DNA of 62,997 nucleotides, counting the filler, from Globobulimina sp. (taxonomy: Eukaryota), in assembly GCA_003354225.1 (NCBI GenBank). It is 12 parts of 12 records of this genome, joined end to end, with 100 filler letters (N's around TTAATTAATTAA, not from the genome) between each part and the next. Parts side by side here need not be neighbours in the genome. Positions count along the whole stretch, not along the records: positions 21,070 to 26,231 come from PIVH01000690.1; positions 26,332 to 31,492 come from PIVH01000691.1; positions 31,593 to 36,746 come from PIVH01000692.1; 9 more parts are not named here. One strand, written 5' to 3'. Each line of letters starts with the position of its first letter. The first letter of the stretch is position 1. The position numbers and the translations under genes are program-made. Of the stretch, positions 23,406 through 32,957 are shown piece after piece. Under the pieces are notes generated by a model. The model was not told the DNA's origin, made no database searches, and was given only the letters and a program-made list of their open reading frames with translations.

Positions 23406-24833
23406 ATGGGTGCATCACAGAGTCGAAATGTATGTACTTGTCCTTACTGTGCTGCCGAAATCGATGTTACCTCCATGCTTGACGACGACGTCGACATCAA
23501 AAAAAATGCAGTATGTGGTCGATGTCATGGATCGATTAAGAAAAAGCAACATAAACGTTCATTGATACCATTTTCATCCTCAAAGCACGAGGAAATAATT
23601 AAAAACACTGACATTAGCATTGCAATTCAATATGTACACATTGCGCCATTTATTGATATTGATGATGATGAGTTGGAAGAGAAGCAATTGCAAAATATTT
23701 GTGCAGATTTCTTAATTAGTAACTATTTAAAACCATATTTCATGAAACATGACATCTTGATACACTCCCAAATGAGATTAATTATCAACGACATTGAGTT
23801 CAAAGTGATTCATTGCTATCCATCCAATGGCAGAATTACACAACGCACACATTTCAATTTGCACACTGATGACAAGAAGCAATTATTGACTCTGAAATCG
23901 CGTCCCATAAAAGAAATATATTTGTCGCCAACAAAAGCATCGCTGGAGTCGCATGACGACAATGTAAACACAACCAATTTGAGAGCATATTTGGAGCCAT
24001 ATTTGCATGACACCGACGAGAATTATTACATCGGAAATAATTCTGGAAATTTTAATATTTGGATCGCTAACTATCAAAAACGACATTTAATTCAAAATGA
24101 AAGCTTTATATACAAAGGGATTGAATGGAGAGTTATGCGCTGCCAACCGTTGGATGGCTGTATCGATTCGCATACAAAAGTGCATTGTGATGGAGTGGCA
24201 ATCGCTGATTTGCTACGGATTCATATTCGACCAAAGTATGCGACTGCAACGGAGATGGAGAGGGCGATGAATTCGAATATGGATATTGCGCAATTTGTGC
24301 TGTTCAAATATTTTGATAATGGGAATTGCAATCATTTGAACATCAATGGCACTGAGTTTGTAGTGTACGGATTGGAGCCAAGTGCGGGAATTATTACCTG
24401 TTCCACTGTCATAAATTCAAAACCTATCAAAGAAGCTGAGGTAGCGCAGGTTTTGCAGCAAAGAGATGTCGAGTTTGCGTCGCGACTACAACGAGAAGAA
24501 TATGATCATGTTTTGGATGGGCATGGAATAAATATGAATACGGTAAATCAAGTGGTGTTATTTGATGGCACGTATGTTGTGCAAACAGATACATTTGGAC
24601 TGGATGAGCAATTAATAAATGCGTTACCGACGTATAAATGTAGCATATTGAAAAGAAACATGGTAAAAAGCGAGGGGGAGACAGCAATTGATTCGTGTAG
24701 AATATGTTTGGAGGACTATGAAAACAATGATGAAATAAAAATCTTGCCGTGTTTCCATAAATATCATAAAAAGTGCGTCGATCATTGGTTGAGGCATAGT
24801 GTTAAATGTCCAACTTGTACAACACCTGTTTAA
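23406..24833 (+). CDS. RING-H2 E3 ligase, probably N-myristoylated, with three CDC48-N-like repeats
   Basis: MGASQS start. Repeats IEFKVIHCYP, IEWRVMRCQP and TEFVVYGLEP. C-terminal CRICLEDY...PCFHKYHKKCVDHWL...CPTC. Confidence 0.85.
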   Translation: MGASQSRNVCTCPYCAAEIDVTSMLDDDVDIKKNAVCGRCHGSIKKKQHKRSLIPFSSSKHEEIIKNTDISIAIQYVHIAPFIDIDDDELEEKQLQNICADFLISNYLKPYFMKHDILIHSQMRLIINDIEFKVIHCYPSNGRITQRTHFNLHTDDKKQLLTLKSRPIKEIYLSPTKASLESHDDNVNTTNLRAYLEPYLHDTDENYYIGNNSGNFNIWIANYQKRHLIQNESFIYKGIEWRVMRCQPLDGCIDSHTKVHCDGVAIADLLRIHIRPKYATATEMERAMNSNMDIAQFVLFKYFDNGNCNHLNINGTEFVVYGLEPSAGIITCSTVINSKPIKEAEVAQVLQQRDVEFASRLQREEYDHVLDGHGINMNTVNQVVLFDGTYVVQTDTFGLDEQLINALPTYKCSILKRNMVKSEGETAIDSCRICLEDYENNDEIKILPCFHKYHKKCVDHWLRHSVKCPTCTTPV

Positions 24834-24941
24834 TTAAATAAATGTACATATATTATACATACAGAATGAATCAATGTCTTTTGTTATAAGTTTTGAAAAA
24901 CACTTATCTCGAAAAAAAACTGCGACACACTAACAAAGCTA

Positions 24942-25713
24942 ATGAGCAAGCCAGGATCAGGAGGGATCGCATCCGGACAGGACTCCAATGTTGATAGAAG
25001 AGCAAGGTTAAGAGAATTAGCATTGGAAACTATTGACTTGAATAATGATCCTTATTTTATGCGGAATCATTTAGGATCTTACGAATGTAAATTGTGTCTA
25101 ACACTGCATATGAATGAAGGCAGTTATTTGGCACATACGCAGGGAAAGCGACACCAACAAAACTTGAAAAGAAGAGGTATTGTATTCATTATTTGCTATT
25201 TGTTTGGTGTAAGGATTTAAAATTAAGTATAAATTAATATTAAATTTATTTCATTGTACAGCTGCTCGCTTAGCAAAGCAAGATATCACAGCCAAACCCA
25301 TTGCAAAACGAAAGAAAATCGTACCGCGCAAAACGCAAAAGATAGGAAGTCCGGGATATAAAGTGGTAAAACAGTGCGATCCAAACAGTGGCGAATTGAG
25401 TTTGTTGTTTCGGATTCATTATCCTGAGATTGAAAAGGGACTGCAACCGAGACATCGGTTTATGAGTACGTTTGAACAAAACATTGAACAAAAAGATAAA
25501 AGATATCAATACATATTATTCGCAGCAGAGCCGTACGATACGGTGGCCTTTAAAATACCAAATCGGCCAATCGATAAGGACTCAAATAAATTATTTACTC
25601 ATTGGAATCAAGACACAAAGGATTTTACATTTCAAATGTACTTTGAAAGAGAACAAACATATCCTGGCCATGGATATAGAAATATGCCAAAAAACTTGAA
25701 TCTTGATGATTGA
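24942..25713 (+). CDS. SF3A2: Splicing factor 3A subunit 2 (SF3a66/Prp11), 1 intron
   Basis: LALETIDL.NDPYFMRNHLGSYECKLCLTLH.NEGSYLAHTQGKRHQ, KIGSPGYKV, PRHRFMS, FAAEPY. Intron 25177-25261. Confidence 0.96.
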
Positions 25714-25831
25714 TCACTGAATTACTGGTGCTTGCATACATTAATATTTATTGTCTCAAATTTGTATCCACATTAATATTCCACCTACAGTTAATTCCTT
25801 ACTCTCGTTCAGGTTTTGCAACGCTCTGAAC

Positions 25832-26231
25832 ATGTCAACCTATGCCCTCTTTACAAGGAAAATGCGGTCCCAATTATTAGTAAGTGGATATGTCAGAAAA
25901 TATAAATATCAATACATCCATACGGATATTATTAGTGTCATTCATGCATTCCATTTTCCAACATACAACATATTTGATTTATATTCTATTGGTAAAAACG
26001 ATGGGGGACAACAAGGAAACGGAGGAAATGAACATATTAAAAAAATAACAAAAATGAAAACATTTAAAAAAAAAATAAAAAATATTGTTACTTGTGGTGG
26101 TTGGAGTGGTGCAGCAGCATATATTTTATTTGATGATGATGAAACATATGAATGTTGCGGCAATAATAGTAGGGGTGTATTAGGTGTTGGGCGTTATAAT
26201 AATATTAATAAATGGCATCAAATAAGAAATA
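25832..26231 (+). CDS. RCC1/BLIP-II-like repeat protein, 3' truncated
   Basis: YSIGKNDGGQQGNG and CCGNNSRGVLGVG RCC1-type repeats. N-terminal LLVSGYVR...DIISVIHAF motif. Confidence 0.75.
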
Positions 26232-26648
26232 NNNNNNNNNNNNNNNNNNNNNNNNNNNNNNNNNNNNNNNNNNNNTTAATTAATTAANNNNNNNNNNNNN
26301 NNNNNNNNNNNNNNNNNNNNNNNNNNNNNNNATTGGTACTGATATCATTTGATTTATTGCATGATATTGTACGCCAAAAACGTCTGCCATAGTCCTTGCA
26401 CGTTTGTATGTATTTATTTAATCGGACATTATAATCGTTTTTCGCTGTTAAGTGATTCAATCTAGGGTTTATAAGAGATTTCTTAATTCTAAATTATTTT
26501 TTGAAACTCACAACCACGAAGTTCGGTGTTTTATTTAGTCACGTACTACGTACTACGTACTACACCAATTATGCTTTGAGTGTGTCACTAAAAAGTTTTT
26601 CACTTAAAAATTTTTTAACCCCCCTATTCATCGATTTCACCCCCCTCG

Positions 26649-26690
26649 ATTTTCCCGAGAATTTTCCCGAGAATTTTCCCGAGAATTTTC
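26649..26690. repeat. 12-bp tandem repeat (ATTTTCCCGAGA) x3
   Basis: Directly visible. Confidence 0.9.
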
Positions 26691-26760
26691 AATTTTTCCA
26701 CCAGTCGAACTTTTCGCGAACAAAGTGTAGTAAAATCTATCAAATATCGTAAATATTCTG

Positions 26761-27135
26761 ATTTTCATGAATTATTATCGATTATTCTCATTTTTCATGG
26801 AGAATCTCCAAAATATTTTCATGGATTAGTGTCATTTTCATGGATTATTGTCATTTTCATGGATTATTCTCATTTTTCATGGATTATTCTCATTTTCATG
26901 GATTATTATCATTTTCATGGATTATTATCATTTTCATGGATTATTATCATTTTTCATGGATTATTCTCATTTTTCATGGATTATTATCATTTTCATGGAT
27001 TATTCTCATTTTTCATGGATTATTATCATTTTCATGGATTATTTTTTCATTGATTATTATCATTTTTCATGGATTATCGTCATTTTTCATGGATTTTTGT
27101 CATTTTCATGGATTATTCTCATTTTCATGGATTCT
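26761..27135. repeat. Minisatellite, ~18 copies of a 19-20 bp unit TTTTCATGGATTATT(A/C)TCA
   Basis: CATGGA recurs every 19-20 nt with no unique spacers. Confidence 0.95.
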
Positions 27136-27142
27136 GATTTTT

Positions 27143-27325
27143 CGAAAACGTTTTCGACTAGTTTAGGTTAGAAATATTTTCGTTTTTTTTGAAAACGTTT
27201 CTGACTAGTTTAGGTTAGAAAAGTTTTTGAGCAAAATCGTCAAGCATCACCAACATCATCAAGCATCACCATCCTTTCGTTCCAAGTCATCATCACCATC
27301 CTTTCGTCCGAAGTCATCATCACTA
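27143..27325. repeat. Further short direct repeats: GAAAACGTTT...GACTAGTTTAGGTTAGAAA x2, CAAGCATCACCA x2, CATCCTTTCGT...AAGTCATCATCAC x2
   Basis: Directly visible. Confidence 0.8.
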
Positions 27326-27483
27326 CCATGTAAGGTAAGTGCAAAAATGTCGTGAAAATAAAAAAAAATGGTATTCTGTCATGGTGATATAAATGAGTTC
27401 GAATCTCGTTCAGAATATTAACTTGAAAATATTCGTAGTAAAAAAAATTCCTCTAGGGTTTTAGGGGCTTGTCCCCTCCTAGG

Positions 27484-30400
27484 TTATCGGAATGCAATGA
27501 GATAAATTCTCAAAGTGCGAATCCGTAAAAACAGAATGGTCTCTGGCTTTTGATAAATCAATCACATTAAAAATGGCATTATTTATAAGGAATAAAATGG
27601 GAGGAATCACTAAGAAATATACATATAAAAGTAATAAAAAAGGAAAAAATAGGAAATAATTAATTGTATTATTTATTGTATTATTTATTGGAGATTGTTT
27701 GGGTGGCATTCTTTTTTTATGTGAGATCGGAAATTTATTTATCATCATTTTTATTATTGTTTGCTGCATTATTTTGTCTTCGCTTTACACTCTTTGGTCT
27801 TTTGTTGCTTCTCTTGACTTTAAATGGTAATTTATTTTTTGATGTACTTTGATTGGTGGCTTTTGCTAATTTATTGTTTACCATATTGACTCGGAAAGAT
27901 TCTGCTTTTTCATTTCTGGATTGCACATAATTCGGCAATTTCGGCGTAACAGAGACTAAATGCAATTTTCTCAATGGCTGTGGTTTACGGCCTCTTTTTT
28001 CTGATTTATTCACATTTTTAATTGGCTCCTCATCAAATGAATATAATTCGGCGTTGGATTGCTTTCCATGGTTGGAAGAGATTGGTGGCTGACTCATGGA
28101 TGAAAGGGGGGCATTTCCTGCAGAATATGTATTTTGCAAATTCAATGTCGATTGTTTCTCATTTAATATTGCTAATAATGCGTCGCCAATATATGGATTA
28201 TTGGAGAACGCATCTGCTCCATTTGTCGATTGTGGATTATTCTCAATTCGGACATCTCGTGATTCAATAATGTCTTTTTTCTCATTAAACTCAATGATTT
28301 GCGATACGTCTTCGTCAAAATCTTCCTCCAATAAACCATGGCTTAATAATTGTTCTTCTTTAATATCGGGAGTATCTGTTGACGGCAATGGGTTTAATTT
28401 GGTTTGCTTGGATTTATTATTATTATTATTTGAATTATTTTGATTGGTTTGGATAACTTTGGAATAAATTTCAGACATTTCTGCATTATCTGACGGCGCT
28501 ACATTCAATTTAATTTGCTGATTCTCACTATTTTTATCGGTATCTATCAATTTATATAACTCCGATAATTGCAAATCCTCCGTAACCTCACAATGTACCA
28601 ATTTATAATGATCAATATTCTCAAAATCCACGTCTCTCCAATTTACATTGATATTATCCAAATTTTCAAATATTTTCACCAAATTATACGAGTCCGAGCA
28701 AACCGCAATATTCAAAGTCCGAATGTGTTTTGATTTATAGCAACATAAACAACATTCATCTTTATTGCCACATTTATTTCCAAAATGGCCATAATATCCA
28801 CATCGGATGCATTTAATCGACACAATACCATCCATTTCCGACTCCATTTGTGATTGCGTGATTTTGCCCAATTTGTATTTCTGTTTGATTTTATTTAATT
28901 GTTTTTGAATATATTTTAATTGTTCCGGACACTGGGAATGATTCACAAATTTCTTGCCGCAAACACACGTTTTGGCCGTCGCTAAAAAATCTAAATATAA
29001 ATTGCTGCGCAAATATACTAAATATTTACGTAATACTCCCAATCTAAATTGCATCGAAGGGAAACCCAATGAGTCGTCGCCAACAATTAATTTCGGATTT
29101 ATTCCAGTTACGGTAACCGGAGTTATATAAATATTTCTGTCATCAAATAATATCTCGGACTTAAATGGTTTGCCAATAAAATGTACGCAATTATCAGATA
29201 CCGCCAGTTCCACCATTTTCATCCAACTATCTATATTTATCCACCACGGTGATGCCAAATCGCAGCCGGTTTCATTACTCATATGAAACAACGTATTCTT
29301 ACACCAACGTCTGTTTTTAATCTTATTTGTTATAATAATATCATCCGAATCTACTGCGTATTTCTCGATTAATTTCATAATATCAACATATAGCGAATTA
29401 ATATCATTCTTCAAATCATCATACCATAACTCCGCATTTACTGAGTCATCACTTTCATCCAATTTATTATCTTCATTCATCGGTGTCGGACATGCTCTTT
29501 CTTCGTCTAATTCATTTTGGGCAATACGCAGTCGCTCCAATTTGATTTCGTACGGTTTAATTAAATAAACCAATAGCGGTTTATAGTCGATTTTGGCCAT
29601 ATCATAGTCGAATTGCATTGCTTTTTCAATCGTATATAGGATAAATGTCGATTGTATATTTGCTTTAATTTTACTTGTTAATATATCATTTAATGAATTA
29701 TTATTTAATATACTCATTGGGACGTTAAATAAACACATATTTACAGGGCGCCATTTCACTTTTTTCTTAATGTAATAAATCTCAATTTCATTATGTTTAT
29801 ATCGCGGGAAAGGGATATCCCATTCAAGATCCATTAAAATCGTTTCCGTGCAAGATCCAACGATCGGATCCAAATGAAGCATCGTTTTATTTTTTATTAC
29901 TATCGTCGACGGAATTAAATGATGAATGACCAGACGATGGATTGGATGGTCTGTATTTGTATTTGCATAGATAATTTTAATTGCTTTTGAATAATTTGGA
30001 TGTTTGCCAATGATCAAATTCATAAAAATACTTACTGGGCAATAGATATTTAATGAGTTTGCCGTTACATAAACGTTGCTGACTTTGCATAAATTCTCTA
30101 ATTCCCAAACATCTCTATATTCCATTAAATCTCTCGCCACCTTTCTTAAATTAATTGCATCGTATCGGCAGTCCCAAATTGCTCCATTTTTAAGTTCATA
30201 TTTGACGCAGGCACCGGTTTTCTTAATATTTCTAATTTGGTCAGCAACTATTTCGGATTTATTGGTTGGTTGCTTTGTTTCAATTTTCTTCAACATTTTC
30301 TTATGTTTTCTACGGATAGCACGGCGACGGGGGGGATATAATGAAGTTTTTAATGAATCCATATTCTTCTCAATAATTGCGGGCAATCTACGATCATCTC

Positions 30401-31044
30401 TGGTGAATGCATTATACGGCGATGGAGGGGTCGCCGGGGCAAAGGATGAAGTTTTAATGGGATTAATTTGATTAACATCAGGGCAATACACCCAATCTGG
30501 CGCATAAAAATTCACATTTTTCATACGAATTATATTAATTACATACGGTAAATTCTCTGGCGGTCCGGCGGGACCATTCTTCCTTGATATTGAACCTGTT
30601 TTAATGCAATACTAACATTAATAATTTTGTTTTTATCTGGTTGAGGATTTGACATCGTATTTCTTTCAATATGTTTGACTTTCGGCATATTATCAATATC
30701 TTTTGAGATCATTTTAATGCGTAAATGCGTGTTATCTGTATACAATATGTATAAAATAATATTCAATAGAAAGTATAAGAATTTATAAACAGGAGAGCAT
30801 TTTTCAATTATTATGTGTGAAATTATATTGTTAATTATATTATATTTAATATTAATTTTAATATAGTTATTTGTCAATTCTATATATGCATATTCGTTTT
30901 CTTCTGTCTGTGCAGGTTCGAAGAACGAAGTACTACCTTTTGAGGCAGCAGCAAGAGTATATATACAGATTAGAAAAGTGAAAAAGTAAGATGTTAGCAT
31001 CCACAGTTGGATGTTAAGGGGGTTGAATTGATTTCTTAGTGTTT
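27484..31044 (-). mobile_element. Non-LTR retrotransposon of the same family as 15808-20914, 5' part (5' UTR, ORF1, part of spacer); interrupted before ORF2
   Basis: ORF1 C-terminus and a 96-nt spacer block align with 15809-16236. Similarity stops abruptly at 27484. The 5' boundary is inferred from the shared 19-mer. Confidence 0.85.
27735..31000 (-). CDS. LINE ORF1 (gag-like, three zinc knuckles), probably spliced via a 50-nt intron at 30546-30497; start at 31000, 30712 or 30524
   Basis: CVCGKKFVNHSQC, CIRCGYYGHFGNKC and CCLCCYKSKH...C. Removing GTATGT...CCAG fuses ORF 30539-31000 to ORF 27735-30524 in frame. Confidence 0.8.
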
Positions 31045-31049
31045 TGAAG

Positions 31050-31492
31050 ATACAGACACAGAATATATTTAATTATAGCGTTTCTGTGCTGTTTTCCAGA
31101 TAGCTTTTAAGGAGTGATCATTTGCTTCAATTCCATTATAAATTTCACCCAGTCATTGATTAAGGCATAAGCTGTGATATTCTGCATTCCGTTGGCCATT
31201 TCCTATCCATATTCTATCCATATTATATACCATACATATTACTTATCCATAATATTTGTCCAAAATAATAACGAACTTTCGCCGGGCATTTATCGTACCA
31301 AACTATGTAATTCTGCACATCCGGATATTTAAAACCATAACATAGAGCCTCCTGGCTTTTGAATGGTACTATTTTCAGCTCCTAACTTCCACGCAATCCA
31401 TACAAAAAGTCCATATTAATATACACACCAAATATCTCCGTTTTTTTATTTTGTATATTATCACTATACAGACACAGAATATATTTAATTAT
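31050..31492. repeat. 27-bp exact direct repeat with period 416 bp (probable tandem-repeat unit running off the contig end)
   Basis: ATACAGACACAGAATATATTTAATTAT at 31050-31076 and 31466-31492. Confidence 0.8.
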
Positions 31493-31592
31493 NNNNNNNN
31501 NNNNNNNNNNNNNNNNNNNNNNNNNNNNNNNNNNNNTTAATTAATTAANNNNNNNNNNNNNNNNNNNNNNNNNNNNNNNNNNNNNNNNNNNN

Positions 31593-32650
31593 TGAATTCA
31601 GGCTTGCTGGGGAATATATTCTGGTATATATTCAACAGCAAGAAACTCACTTTACCCACAGGAAGACTAGGTCCTAGCAGGGCAAAGGCTGACTTGCCAA
31701 CCGGGAGGCGGGGTGTTTGGACTATCAGAAGAAACACAGCGCTGAAAAATAAAATAAATAAATAGCACATCGCGCGCATTGGTGCGAAATTTAAGGCACA
31801 TATAAATTTAAATAATTAAACACTTTAAAAACGGGCGGTCGCAGCACGATCCTCATCGTTATCGTGATCACTGGCGCGCTCAGTCTTGGATTCATTAAAA
31901 TAATCCCTGGAGTGTCGGAAAAATATTGATCCGTGTCGTGGATCGACCACCACGGGGGATCTTCGCGGGTCTTTGCTTGACCTCCGCAGGATGCTGCTGG
32001 TGAACCGCACCTTGCCACTTTTAAATAGCTCTCTGCGGGCCCTCCGCGCGTGGCGCTTCCGTTGCCATATGGCGAACTGGGCTGGTTTCGGAGTTCCTTC
32101 CCGAACAGCTTCTGCGCCTTCACGTGCGCTTCCTCCTTCTCGGTTAGGGCGTCGCATCGATAGCATAGCGCCCAACAGGTCCACCTGCTACCGTCCTCTT
32201 TCGTAATATGCGTGGCGTCAGGTCGGGTGCCGTGATCGCCGCATCCTAATCTCACCGTCAGTTTGCACTGTACGCGGCCAACCAGGGCGACGTCCAACTT
32301 CCGCTTTACGTCGTGTTTGCAGAACGTGGTCGGTTTCGCGCAGACCAAGTCCTCGAAGCAGCCAAATAACGCGCCAAAATCTGTTATGACGACGAACGAG
32401 CCGGTGTCGAAGACGTATTCTTCGATCGAGCCACGATAGCGCCGGCGAACGTCCACATTACACTATATAAATGTACAAGTTAGGTACAAGTGTGGACGAA
32501 GTCCGCGGGAAAAAGGAGAGGTGGCTCAACTTCGGGGTTGATTTCGGGGATGAAGACCATTTGTCTGACGGTGTCGTAGATGAACCCCAGGATCTTCAGT
32601 CGCGTCCGAGGATCTTGTCGTTGATCCAGTTCGAGATCGCTATCAGCAGG
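31593..32650 (-). mobile_element. GC-rich foreign block, probable DIRS/Ngaro (tyrosine-recombinase retrotransposon) remnant
   Basis: Much higher GC than the flanks. Minus frame 32650-32480 reads QDPRTRLKILGFIYDTVRQMVFIPE, matching the DIRS RT C-terminal pattern P.T.L..LG...DT....P. A separate unassigned Cys-containing ORF lies at 31791-32456. Confidence 0.5.
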
Positions 32651-32651
32651 G

Positions 32652-32858
32652 AAATGTAAACTTTATCAATGCAAAACATGTGATACTTTTATTGCATCAC
32701 AGCATGAAAATTGCGATGAAGGATATCAAATGCAAAGATTTTTTGAATTGGATGGATTCCGCAAATTTACGTATTGTGGTAATGAGAAATGCGATGAATT
32801 GCTTTGTTTAAAATGTAATAAATCTGATTATTTTTGTGAACAACATAAAGCAAATTAA
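32652..32858 (+). pseudogene. 3' remnant of a Cys-rich host ORF whose 5' part is replaced by the GC-rich block
   Basis: KCKLYQCKTCDTF...CGNEKCDELLCLKCNKSDYFCEQHKAN* is open from the GC/AT junction. Confidence 0.5.
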
Positions 32859-32957
32859 AAAATGACTATTTTATAATAATTATTGTAACATTCATATTTG
32901 TTTGGTTGTATTAATAATATTATCTAAAAAAACAAAACTTAATATTTAGTTTAAACT

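Noticed and set aside
26761-27135. CRISPR array, or coding repeats (ORFs 26829-27171)
   Set aside because: Head-to-tail 19-20 bp units without unique spacers, no cas genes and a eukaryotic context. The ORFs are by-products of the repeat.
27452-27466. Telomere (TAGGG-like repeats)
   Set aside because: Only two imperfect units, and internal to the contig.
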